From an uncultured Acidimicrobiales bacterium (lineage in GTDB: Bacteria > Actinomycetota > Acidimicrobiia > Acidimicrobiales > CATQHL01): DNA of 64,000 nucleotides. Location: positions 12,944 through 76,943 of the forward strand of contig CAZTZI010000033.1 in the NCBI GenBank assembly GCA_964618115.1. The letters run 5' to 3'. The notes under the pieces are model-generated. The model was given only the letters and a program-made list of their open reading frames with translations, had not been told where the DNA came from and made no database searches. The position numbers and the translations under genes were made by a program. Positions 16,137 through 24,666 of this stretch are shown in pieces. Within the stretch, counting starts at the first letter, position 1. Every line of letters begins with the position of its first letter.

Positions 16137-17363
16137 ATGCGTCGGAAGAGTCTTTTGGCGGTCATTGGAGTTTTCGCAGCACTGGCGCTTCTCGCGTCTG
16201 CCTGCGGCGATGACGATTCAGGGGGCACCGCAGCACCGGCGCCCGAGCCGGCACCGGCGCCCGAGCCCGCACCGGCGCCCGAGCCGGCGCCTTCGCCGGA
16301 TCCGGTCCCCGAGCCGCCTCCGCCGCCCGAGCCGGCCCCCGAGCCGCCTCCGCCGCCGCCCGAGCCGGTCGTGCTGAACGAGGAGTACTTCAGCACGCCG
16401 CTGGACTGCGACGTCAACTCCACGACGGACGATCTCATCAACTACACCCCGCCGGCGGCCGACGGCGACTACGAGATCGACTTCATGCAGGTGAGCCTGG
16501 CCGCCGAGTACTACCAGGCCATGGCCTACGGGGCGGAGCAGGCCGCAGCCGACGTCACCGCCGCAGGCGGCGGCACCGTCACGGTCCGCCACACCGCCGG
16601 CGTGGGCTACACCGGCCCGGCCGACCAGCTGGCCGACGCCGAGAACATCCTGCAGCGCGGCCCCGACGCCATCATCCTGGCTCCGGTGGACACGGCCGGC
16701 TCGATCGCCATCGTGGACGCCGCGGACGCGGCCGGCGTGCCCGTCGTGAATGTCTCGACCGAGGTCCCCGACGGCAGGGTCTACATGATCATGCAGGACG
16801 ACTACCTCTTCGGGAAGGCCGGCGCCGACGCCATCGCCGCGCTGGTGCCCGAGGGCGGCAGGGGCGTCGTCATGGCCGGCCCCGCCAACGCCACCTGGTC
16901 GAAGAAGCGCCACGTGGGCTTCGTGGACCGCGTCGAGGAGGCCTACCCGAACCTCGAGATCATCGAGGCGCCCAACCAGCTGGTGGACCCGGAGGAAGGC
17001 CTCGCCGACTTCATGAACGTGGTGGCAGGCAACCCGGAGATCGACTGGATCTACGCCGCCCACTTCGCGCTGCTGCTGCCGATCACCATCCCGGAGGAGT
17101 ACGCGGACGTGCCCTACGTGGCCTCGGACTTCACCAACTTCTCCCAGCCGTGGATCCACGACGGCAGCGCCGACGCGCTGTTCCTGGTGAGCCCGTACTG
17201 GATGGGCTACGTGGGCCTGGGGACCGCGGTTGCGGTGCTGAACGGCCAGGACGTGCCGCGCATCAACTGCGTGCCCTTCCCGGTCGTGGACCCGTCCAAC
17301 GTGGACGAGCCCTGGGTGCAGATCGAGCTGATTCCCGAGGGCTGGCAGGCCGAGGTCGGCTAG
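16137..17363 (+). CDS. sugar ABC transporter substrate-binding lipoprotein (periplasmic binding protein type 1, RbsB-like), transporter T3
   Basis: The start is trimmed to ATG 16137 (MRRKSLLAVIGVFAALALLASAC-G lipobox). A PAPEP linker precedes a PBP1-like body (AIILAPVDTAGSIAIVDAADAAGVPVVNV). Confidence 0.85.
   Translation: MRRKSLLAVIGVFAALALLASACGDDDSGGTAAPAPEPAPAPEPAPAPEPAPSPDPVPEPPPPPEPAPEPPPPPPEPVVLNEEYFSTPLDCDVNSTTDDLINYTPPAADGDYEIDFMQVSLAAEYYQAMAYGAEQAAADVTAAGGGTVTVRHTAGVGYTGPADQLADAENILQRGPDAIILAPVDTAGSIAIVDAADAAGVPVVNVSTEVPDGRVYMIMQDDYLFGKAGADAIAALVPEGGRGVVMAGPANATWSKKRHVGFVDRVEEAYPNLEIIEAPNQLVDPEEGLADFMNVVAGNPEIDWIYAAHFALLLPITIPEEYADVPYVASDFTNFSQPWIHDGSADALFLVSPYWMGYVGLGTAVAVLNGQDVPRINCVPFPVVDPSNVDEPWVQIELIPEGWQAEVG
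16233..16286 (+). repeat. 3 x 18-bp near-perfect tandem repeat (GCACCGGCGCCCGAGCCG) encoding (APAPEP)3 inside the SBP linker
   Basis: Read directly; the copies differ by one base. The whole linker spans about 16206-16370. Confidence 0.85.
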
Positions 17364-17388
17364 CCCCCCGGGGGCCCGACCCCCCGGC

Positions 17389-17430
17389 CACGAGAACCGG
17401 GCCATGAGAACCGGGCCGAGAGAACCGAGC
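17389..17430 (+). repeat. 3 x 14-bp tandem repeat (CACGAGAACCGGGC / CATGAGAACCGGGC / CGAGAGAACCGAGC) just upstream of the deacetylase RBS
   Basis: Read directly in the 87-nt gap between the SBP stop (17363) and ATG 17451. It is followed by the RBS GGGAGGA. Confidence 0.8.
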
Positions 17431-17450
17431 CACAGGCAGGGAGGACACAG

Positions 17451-18377
17451 ATGACCAGCGAAGAACACACGATCTGTCTCACGTTCGACTTCGATGCGAT
17501 CTGCCTCTGGCTCGGCTCGTTCGGGGCGGAGACACCCAGCATGTGCTCGCGGGGCGAGTTCGCCGTCCCCGGCTTGAAACGTGTGCTCAAGCTGCTGGAG
17601 AAGCACGACGTCCAGTCCACCTTCTTCGTCCCGGGCCACTCGGCCCACCTGTACCCGAGCTACGTGAAGGAGATCGTCGACGGGGGCCACGAGATCGGGC
17701 ACCACGGCTGGAGCCACCGCAACCCCACCAAGCTCTCACGCGAGGAGGAGCGGCGGGACTTCGAGCTCGGATTCGAGGCGCTCGACTGGGCCGCCGGTGT
17801 CCGCCCCACGGGATGCCGCACCGCCGCATGGGACTTCAGCCCCAACACGCTGGACCTGATGATCGAGTACGACCTCGACTACTCGTCCACGTTCATGGCC
17901 AACGACTTCTACCCGTACTACCTGCGCTCGGGCGACGAGTTCCCCAAGAACGAGCCGTTCGTCTTCGGCGACCTGGTCGACGTCGTGGAGCTGCCGCCGA
18001 GTTGGGGGCTCGACGACTTCCCGCCGCTGGAGTACGTGTGGGGCATGAACCAGGGCCCCAACACGCCGTCGCAGGTGCGGGAGCTGTGGCAGGGCGAGTT
18101 CGACTACATGGTCGAGAACTGCCCGGGCGGGATGTACGTGCTCACGTGCCACCCGCAGTTCATCGGCCGGGGGTCGCGCCTCAAGATGTTCGACGAGCTG
18201 GTCGAGCACATGAAGGGCGACGGGCGGGTCTTCCGCACGCTCGGCGATCTGGCGGCCAAGTTCCGCGCCGAGAACCCCATCGACCAGTGGGCGGCGGAGA
18301 ACCCCCACCTCACCGGGGCCGCGGCGCGGCCGCCGGAGACCTCCGAGCGCCTGCGGCAACTGATGGAGGCGCCCTAG
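17451..18377 (+). CDS. polysaccharide deacetylase family protein (NodB homology domain; PuuE-allantoinase-like subgroup possible)
   Basis: 308 aa. ICLTFDFD..., STFFVPGH and GHEIGHHGWSHR are NodB-type metal and catalytic motifs. Confidence 0.8.
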   Translation: MTSEEHTICLTFDFDAICLWLGSFGAETPSMCSRGEFAVPGLKRVLKLLEKHDVQSTFFVPGHSAHLYPSYVKEIVDGGHEIGHHGWSHRNPTKLSREEERRDFELGFEALDWAAGVRPTGCRTAAWDFSPNTLDLMIEYDLDYSSTFMANDFYPYYLRSGDEFPKNEPFVFGDLVDVVELPPSWGLDDFPPLEYVWGMNQGPNTPSQVRELWQGEFDYMVENCPGGMYVLTCHPQFIGRGSRLKMFDELVEHMKGDGRVFRTLGDLAAKFRAENPIDQWAAENPHLTGAAARPPETSERLRQLMEAP

Positions 18378-18466
18378 GCGGCAGCCCGCAGGAGCAGCCA
18401 GCAGGGCCGCTCGCCGAGGGGCCGGAGAGCGACAGTTGACGATGCACATGCTCGGTCGGGGCGCCG

Positions 18467-19594
18467 GTGACTGACCGCCCGCCCGCCGAGCGCGCCCCGT
18501 CGGCGGCTGCCGGGAGCCACCGGCTCTCGCTGCGGGACTGGGCCACCAAGCACTCGACCGAGTTGCAACTGCTGGTGGGCCTGGGGCTGCTGATCCTCGT
18601 CTTCTCGCTGATCGAGCCGTCCATCTACCCCACGACGGACAACGTCCGGAACATCGCCCGGCAGGCGGGGATCCTGATGGTCGTGTCGATCGGCCAGATG
18701 TTCGCCATCACCGTCGGCGGCTTCGACCTGTCGGTGGGGGCCAACATGGGCTTCACCAGCGTCGCCACCGCCCAGGCGCTGGGGGCCCACGGGGTGGCGG
18801 CGGCAATCATCATCGGCCTCCTGGTCGGCGCTGCCATCGGCCTGGTGAACGGGCTGCTGATCGCCAAGCTGCGCGTCAGCCCGTTCGTCGTCACCATGGC
18901 CATGCTGTACTTCCTGACCGGCTACTCCAACGTCCGCAGCGCGGGGTCGTCGGTCATCGCCAACCATCCCTCGTTCCAGTGGTTCGGGCGCACCGACTGG
19001 GGGTTCCTGCCCTCCACGATCGGCATCGGGCTGATCGTGCTGCTGCTGGCGATGGTGTTCACCGGCCGGACGCGCATCGGCCTGTACGTGTACGGCATCG
19101 GCGGGAGCCGCGAGACGTGCCGGCTGGCCGGGATACCCGTGGCCCGCTACGAGACCGTCACCTACATGATCACCGGCATGCTCGCCGGCGCGGGTGGGAT
19201 CATGGCCGCCTCCCGGGTGTCGGTCGGCCAGACCGGGCTCGGGGCGGGCTACGAGTTGCGGTCCATCGCCGCGGCGGTGATCGGGGGTGCGGTCATCGGC
19301 GGCGGCAAGGGCCGCCTCAGCGGGGTCTTCCTCGGTGTCGCGCTCATGACCTGCCTGACGGTGGGGCTGGGCGTGACCGGCACGAGCACGTTCCAGCAGC
19401 AGATGGCCATCGGCGTCGCACTGGTCGTGGCGGTGCTGATCAGCCAGGTTCGCGGCGGGCGCATCCGCCGGATGGCCGATGTCCTGCCGGCGTTCGTGCA
19501 GCTTCTCGGTCTGGCCCGTCGTGACGAGGACCGCGACCGGCGGCTCCCCGCCGCGGCCCCGGTGGCGGATCCGGCGGACGATGACACCGGCTGA
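18467..19594 (+). CDS. sugar ABC transporter permease (RbsC-like, BPD_transp_2), transporter T3
   Basis: Multi-TM protein containing FAITVGGFDLSVGANMG. The GTG start at 18467 is the only upstream start in frame. The C-terminal ~45 aa are hydrophilic and overlap the ATPase start. Confidence 0.8.
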   Translation: MTDRPPAERAPSAAAGSHRLSLRDWATKHSTELQLLVGLGLLILVFSLIEPSIYPTTDNVRNIARQAGILMVVSIGQMFAITVGGFDLSVGANMGFTSVATAQALGAHGVAAAIIIGLLVGAAIGLVNGLLIAKLRVSPFVVTMAMLYFLTGYSNVRSAGSSVIANHPSFQWFGRTDWGFLPSTIGIGLIVLLLAMVFTGRTRIGLYVYGIGGSRETCRLAGIPVARYETVTYMITGMLAGAGGIMAASRVSVGQTGLGAGYELRSIAAAVIGGAVIGGGKGRLSGVFLGVALMTCLTVGLGVTGTSTFQQQMAIGVALVVAVLISQVRGGRIRRMADVLPAFVQLLGLARRDEDRDRRLPAAAPVADPADDDTG

Positions 19595-21188
19595 GTCCGC
19601 GACCGCGCCGAGCCGGCGCGCCGCGACCGCAGCGCACCGGTCGCCCGGCGCCGCCGCCGCACATCTGGAGGGGATATCCAAGTCGTTCCCGGGGGTGAAG
19701 GCCCTCGACGACGTGTCCCTGGACGTGCGGCGGGGCGAGGTCCATGCGCTCCTCGGCGAGAACGGCGCCGGCAAGTCCACCCTGGTGAAGATCCTGGCCG
19801 GGCTGATCCGCCCCGACTCCGGCCGCATCCAACTCGACGACGACGACGTGGTGTTCCACGGTCCCCGGGACGCCCAGCGGCGGGGTATCAGCTACGTGCC
19901 CCAGGAGGTCCAGGCCGTGCCCGACTTCAGCGTCGGGCGCAACATGCTGCTGGGCTTCGAGGGGCCGTTCGACCGCAAGGGCAAGCTCACCGCCAAGGAG
20001 CGGCGGCTCACCCGGGAGGCGCTCGACCTCTGCGGCGCCTCGTTCAGCGAGTCGGCCTCGGCGGCCCAGCTCAGCGTCCCCGAGCTGCGGCTGGCCCAGA
20101 TATCCCGGACGTTGCTGCACCCGGGTGACGTCATCCTCCTGGATGAGCCCAACGCCGCCCTGTCGGAGAACGACGCCGCGGCGATGCTGGAGCGTCTGCA
20201 CGTGCTGCGCGACCAGCAGAAGGCGATCATCTATGTGAGCCACCGGCTGACCGAGGTTCTGGGCATCGCCGACCGGATCACGGTGCTCCGCGACGGCCAC
20301 GCCGTCGGCACGTTCCCCCGGGCCGAACTCGACAAGGACAGGATCGTCTCGTTGATGACGAAGGACAGCACGCTCGGCGATCGCGAGCCGGCCGGCCCGG
20401 CCGAGGCGCTCGAGCGGGTCGAGACGGCGGCGCTGCGAGCTCAGCCGGTTGCAGCGACGAACGGCAAGCCCCTGCTCGAAGTGGACGGGCTGACCAGCGA
20501 TCCCAACCTCCTGGACGTCACGATGAGCGTGCGCCCCGGGCAGATCGTCGGCGTGGCAGGTGTGCAGGGCTCGGGTCACGGCCACCTGCTGCGCGCCATC
20601 GCGGGCGTCGACGGCTACGACCGGGGCCGCATCGCCGTCGGTGGCCAGAGTCTTCCCCCGGCGGTCGTACGCCATGCCTACCGGGCGGGTGTGGTGCTCG
20701 TTCCCGCCGATCGCCGCGCCTCGGCCATCGTCCCGGGGCTGTCGGTCCGGGCGAACCTCACGCTGCCCATCCACTCCACAGCGAGGCGGGCTGGGATGCG
20801 CCGGATCCGCAGGGAGCGGCAACTGGCTCGGGAGTACGTCGATGCGCTCGGCATCCGACCGGCCAACACCGAGATCCTCGCCGGGAACCTCAGCGGCGGC
20901 AACCAGCAGAAGCTGGCGCTGGCGCGGGCGCTCGTGTCCAAGCCGAGCGTCCTGCTGCTGGACGAACCCACGCAGGGGATCGACGTGGCGGCGAAGACGG
21001 AGATCCTGGCGCTGATCCGGCAGCTGGTGCAGGACGTCGGGTTCGGCGTGGTGGTGGCGTCCTCGGAGTTCGAGGAGTTGCTCGCCGTCACCGACGTGAT
21101 CCACGTCATGAGCCAGGGACGGTTGGTGGCCACCTTCCCGACCGACGAGGCCGACTACGAGCGAATCCTGCACGCCGCCCTGCCCTAG
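19581..21188 (+). CDS. sugar ABC transporter ATP-binding protein (two NBDs, RbsA-like), transporter T3
   Basis: The start is trimmed to ATG 19581. It has LEGISKSFPGVKALDDVSL, Walker A GENGAGKST, and in the second NBD LSGGNQQKLALARAL and LLLDEPTQGID. Confidence 0.85.
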   Translation: MTPAESATAPSRRAATAAHRSPGAAAAHLEGISKSFPGVKALDDVSLDVRRGEVHALLGENGAGKSTLVKILAGLIRPDSGRIQLDDDDVVFHGPRDAQRRGISYVPQEVQAVPDFSVGRNMLLGFEGPFDRKGKLTAKERRLTREALDLCGASFSESASAAQLSVPELRLAQISRTLLHPGDVILLDEPNAALSENDAAAMLERLHVLRDQQKAIIYVSHRLTEVLGIADRITVLRDGHAVGTFPRAELDKDRIVSLMTKDSTLGDREPAGPAEALERVETAALRAQPVAATNGKPLLEVDGLTSDPNLLDVTMSVRPGQIVGVAGVQGSGHGHLLRAIAGVDGYDRGRIAVGGQSLPPAVVRHAYRAGVVLVPADRRASAIVPGLSVRANLTLPIHSTARRAGMRRIRRERQLAREYVDALGIRPANTEILAGNLSGGNQQKLALARALVSKPSVLLLDEPTQGIDVAAKTEILALIRQLVQDVGFGVVVASSEFEELLAVTDVIHVMSQGRLVATFPTDEADYERILHAALP

Positions 21189-21238
21189 CGGTTGAGCATC
21201 CCGGAGCTTGCCGACCCTTGCCCCCGATCCTCTCGATC

Positions 21239-21264
21239 GTCATTCCGGCGCAGGCCGGAATCCA
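21239..21264. repeat. REP-like palindromic element, copy 1 (GTCATTCCGGCGCAGGCCGGAATCCA)
   Basis: It has a 7-bp perfect stem, TTCCGGC (21243-21249) and GCCGGAA (21254-21260), with the loop GCAG. It is 24/26 identical to 55272-55297. Sitting 51 nt after the ATPase stop, it may also act as a terminator hairpin. Confidence 0.7.
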
Positions 21265-21330
21265 CCCCGCAGCGGTTCCGAGTGCATCCGCCGCCTACTG
21301 TCCAGCGCCGGTCCAGAAACGGAGACACAC

Positions 21331-22083
21331 ATGCAGTTGCTAGCCAACTCCCGAGGCAACTACCACTTCCTGTCGGGCATCGATCCCTACTCGTGCGGCG
21401 TGGTCGCCGACCCGGGCCACGAGATCGTCCACGCCACGCTGCAGGCGCCGCTGCCCTGGCGCGACGGCTTCGAGTTGATAGACGCCCACCTGGCAGCGGC
21501 CGGCCGCGGCCGTGAGGCCCTGTGCGGGATCCAGCTCCGCTCGCCCGAGCCCTTCACCATGGCGGGGTTCATCGAGTTCAACAGGGGCTACATCGACCTG
21601 CTCCGTTCCTGGGGCCTGTACATGGGTGACCTCAACCCGCTCGCCCGCACGAACGTGGCCCCCGAGGGCTTCCCTCCCGGCGTCGTCTCCCTGCAGGCGT
21701 TCTCCTACACGGCGCCCGCCGGGGCGGACGCGCCGCTGACCTTCGTTGTGGCCGGCGCCGGCGAGCTGCGGGCTGCGGCCCTCGACGCGGACACCATCGT
21801 CCGCAAGGGCGAGTTGGGCCCCGACGCCATGCGCGAGAAGGCCCGCCACGTGGCCGGCATCATGGAGGAGCGCCTGTTGGGCCTCGGCGCCGGCTGGGAC
21901 CAGGTCACCACCACCGACGTGTACACGGTGCACCTGCTGGAGGGCCTGCTGGAGGACGCCGTGCTGCCCACGGTCGGCGAGGCCGCCCGCCGTGGCCTCT
22001 GCTGGATCCCCGCCCGCCCCCCGATCCGCGAGATCGAGTTCGAGATGGACCTCCGCGGCGTGCGATCCGAGATCACGCTGTAG
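21331..22083 (+). CDS. hypothetical protein, C-terminal half RidA/YjgF-like (possibly CnbZ-type aminomuconate deaminase family)
   Basis: The start is trimmed to ATG 21331 with the RBS GGAG. The 250-aa protein begins MQLLANSRGNYHFLSGIDPYSCGV.... The C-terminus TTTDVYTVHLLEGLL...IPARPPIREIEFEMDLRGV resembles the end of RidA-fold proteins. The family assignment rests on weak recollection only. Confidence 0.6.
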   Translation: MQLLANSRGNYHFLSGIDPYSCGVVADPGHEIVHATLQAPLPWRDGFELIDAHLAAAGRGREALCGIQLRSPEPFTMAGFIEFNRGYIDLLRSWGLYMGDLNPLARTNVAPEGFPPGVVSLQAFSYTAPAGADAPLTFVVAGAGELRAAALDADTIVRKGELGPDAMREKARHVAGIMEERLLGLGAGWDQVTTTDVYTVHLLEGLLEDAVLPTVGEAARRGLCWIPARPPIREIEFEMDLRGVRSEITL

Positions 22084-22132
22084 CCGGCGCGCCCGGCCGG
22101 CCAGACCCATCAACAGCGCCCGAGCGGGCTAC

Positions 22133-22168
22133 TTGACAGGGATAGTTAGTAAGTTAGACTGACAAACG
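22133..22168 (+). promoter_or_regulatory. sigma-70/SigA-like promoter (TTGACA-16 nt-TAGACT) giving a leaderless or near-leaderless ROK mRNA; AGTTAG direct repeat in the spacer
   Basis: TTGACA lies at 22133-22138 and TAGACT at 22155-22160, with the ATG at 22169 and no SD sequence. The spacer contains AGTTAG-TA-AGTTAG (22144-22157). Confidence 0.55.
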
Positions 22169-23386
22169 ATGTCCGAGCGGTCGGATTCGAGCCTGCTCCG
22201 GCTGCTCAACAGCCGGAAAATCGTTGATGTGGTCCTCGACGTCGCCCCGCACGGCATCTCCCGGGCGGACGTGGCGCGGGCCACCGGCCTGTCGAAACCC
22301 ACTGTCTCGACTCTCGTGGGCGACCTCGAGGCCGCCGGTCTCGTGCGGATGGCCGATCCCGGCAGTCCCAGTGGGGGAATCGGTCGTCCCGCGGCGCTCT
22401 ACGAGATCGTGCCGGACTCGAGCCTTGTCGTGGGGGCCGACATCGGTGCCACGAAGATCATCGTCGGGGTGGCCGACCTGCTGGGGCGCTCGATTGCCGA
22501 GCAGATGGTCGAGACCCCGCCGGATGCCACGGCTGCCGCCGACGCCGTGGCGGAGACGGCGCTCCGGCTGCTGCAGGAGTGTGGCCGGGGGCCCGCACGG
22601 CTCCGCAACGCCTGCGTCGGCGTGCCGGGGGTGTACCGCTCAGCCACGGACAGCGTGGAGATGGCCCTCAACCTTCCTGGCTTCGAGGATCTCAACATCG
22701 GGCGGCACCTGTCGGATCGCCTGGGTGTGCCCACCCAGGTCGACAACGACGTCAACCTGGCGGCGGTCGGTGAGGCCGGCGCCGGAGTCGATCACCCCGA
22801 CTTCGCTGCCGTGTCGATCGGTACGGGCATCGGCACGGGACTCATCATCGGCGGCGAGCTGTACCGCGGCGGCACGGGAGCCGCCGGCGAGTTGGGGTCG
22901 CTGCTCCTCCCCACCGCCGAAGGGGCCACGGATGACGGTGGGCGAGCCACGCTGGAGGACCTGGCCTCCGCGCCGGCCATCCGCCGGATCTTCAGCCGGG
23001 CCGTGGGGAACGGGCGGTCGTCCGTCCTGGACCGCGGCGCGGAGGTGGCGGACATCATCAGCGCCGCCGCCGCCGGCGACGAGGCGGCTGGGTACGCGTT
23101 GTCGCAGGCCGCCGGCGCCATGGCCTTCGCCGTGACGCACCTGTGCCTCATCAATGACCCGGCGCTGATCGTGTTCGGAGGCGGCGTCGGCGCCAACCCC
23201 GTCTTCGTGGAGGCGGTCGCAGGGGAACTGGACGGTCTTCTGCCGCACCCTCCCGAACTGGCCCCCTCGACGCTGGGTCGGCGAGCGACGTTCCTCGGGG
23301 CGATCTCGCTGGCTCTGCGCTCGCTTCGCGACACCCTGGTCGAGCGGGCACTGGATGGGCGCGAACCTCGGGAGGCGCACCGGTGA
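22169..23386 (+). CDS. ROK family transcriptional regulator (NagC/Mlc-like)
   Basis: The N-terminal wHTH is ISRADVARATGLSKPTVSTLVGDLEAAGLV. The ROK sugar-kinase-like body includes VGADIGATKIIVG and AVSIGTGIGTGLII. Confidence 0.85.
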   Translation: MSERSDSSLLRLLNSRKIVDVVLDVAPHGISRADVARATGLSKPTVSTLVGDLEAAGLVRMADPGSPSGGIGRPAALYEIVPDSSLVVGADIGATKIIVGVADLLGRSIAEQMVETPPDATAAADAVAETALRLLQECGRGPARLRNACVGVPGVYRSATDSVEMALNLPGFEDLNIGRHLSDRLGVPTQVDNDVNLAAVGEAGAGVDHPDFAAVSIGTGIGTGLIIGGELYRGGTGAAGELGSLLLPTAEGATDDGGRATLEDLASAPAIRRIFSRAVGNGRSSVLDRGAEVADIISAAAAGDEAAGYALSQAAGAMAFAVTHLCLINDPALIVFGGGVGANPVFVEAVAGELDGLLPHPPELAPSTLGRRATFLGAISLALRSLRDTLVERALDGREPREAHR

Positions 23387-24657
23387 GCGACGTGGCCGCC
23401 GCCGTCGCCGACGCGGTCGACGCCGAAGGCCTGGTGGAACTCGTGCGCCGCGCCACTCGGATTCCCAGCGTCACCGGCGACGAGGCGGAGTTCGCCATGT
23501 GGGTGCGTGACCGGCTTGCCGAAGGAGGCTGGGAGCAGGTCCGCACCTCCGATGCGGCACCGGGGCGCCCCAACGTGTATGCCTCCGCCGGTCGCCCGGG
23601 TGACGGGCGGTCGCTCGTCCTGGCGGGGCATCTCGACACGGTGGCGGTGGACGACTGGCGCCGGGAATGGGAGGGGACCGACCTCGCCGATCCCTTCGGC
23701 GCCCACGTCGTCGACGGTGAGATCTGGGGTCGCGGCGTCGCCGACCAGAAGGCCGGGATCTGCGCGGTCATCGAGGCCTTGCGCGCCCTGCGCCGGAGCG
23801 GCCTGCAGCCCTCCGGTCGGGTGAGGGCCGTGTTCGTGTGCGACGAGGAATCGGGCCGGCCAGGCACGGGTGTCTCGGCGGGCATGCAGGCGGCGGTGCG
23901 CGACGTGTTCGGAACCGAGGACGGCCACGGGGCACCGGCCGACTTCGCCATCTACACCGAGCCCACCACCTCGGCGGTCTACACGGCCCAGATGGGCTTC
24001 TGTATCGCCGACATCTCCCTCGTTGGCCGGTCGGCGTACTTCGGCACCCCCGAGTTGGGTGTGGACGCGTTGCAGGCCGGGCACACGCTGCTGGCGGAAC
24101 TCTGGCGGTACTCCGAGGAGCTTCGCTCCAGCGGCTCGCATGAACTGCTCGGCGAAGCGTTCCTGCTGGTCACCAGCGTTTCAGCTGGGGGGAACATCGC
24201 CGTGCCGGGCCGCTTCGAACTGTCGCTCATCCGCAAGGCACTGCCGGGGGAGGACCTTGCCGAGGCCGCGAGGGCGATCGAGCGGATCAGCGAGTCGGTG
24301 GCGGAGCGCCACGGGGTCGTCTCCGAGGTCGCGTTCAGTGCGCCACGCGATCACGCCCTCGGCGGTACTGCCGACGAGATCTCCGCCAACCATCGCGGGG
24401 TCGTCGGCTTGAGACGCTCCATCGAGGCCACCACTCGGCGGGCCGCACGCATCGAGGGCGCCCCGTACTGGTCCGAGAAGCCGTTCCTGCGTGCGCTGGG
24501 CATCCCCGGCGTCTACTTCGCCCCGGGCGACATCTCCAACTGTCACACGCCCTTCGAGCGTCTGGCGATCGAGGAACTCATATCTGCGACCCGCAGCCTG
24601 GCGCACTTCGTGGCGTCGTGGTGCGGCGTACAGAAGCTGCAGACAACACCTGGTTAG
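23383..24657 (+). CDS. M20 family metallopeptidase / deacylase (ArgE/DapE-like)
   Basis: The GTG start forms a GTGA overlap with the ROK stop. The motifs LVLAGHLDTV and GRGVADQKAGI are M20 metal-ligand motifs. Confidence 0.85.
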   Translation: MSDVAAAVADAVDAEGLVELVRRATRIPSVTGDEAEFAMWVRDRLAEGGWEQVRTSDAAPGRPNVYASAGRPGDGRSLVLAGHLDTVAVDDWRREWEGTDLADPFGAHVVDGEIWGRGVADQKAGICAVIEALRALRRSGLQPSGRVRAVFVCDEESGRPGTGVSAGMQAAVRDVFGTEDGHGAPADFAIYTEPTTSAVYTAQMGFCIADISLVGRSAYFGTPELGVDALQAGHTLLAELWRYSEELRSSGSHELLGEAFLLVTSVSAGGNIAVPGRFELSLIRKALPGEDLAEAARAIERISESVAERHGVVSEVAFSAPRDHALGGTADEISANHRGVVGLRRSIEATTRRAARIEGAPYWSEKPFLRALGIPGVYFAPGDISNCHTPFERLAIEELISATRSLAHFVASWCGVQKLQTTPG

Positions 24658-24666
24658 GAGGGGTGA

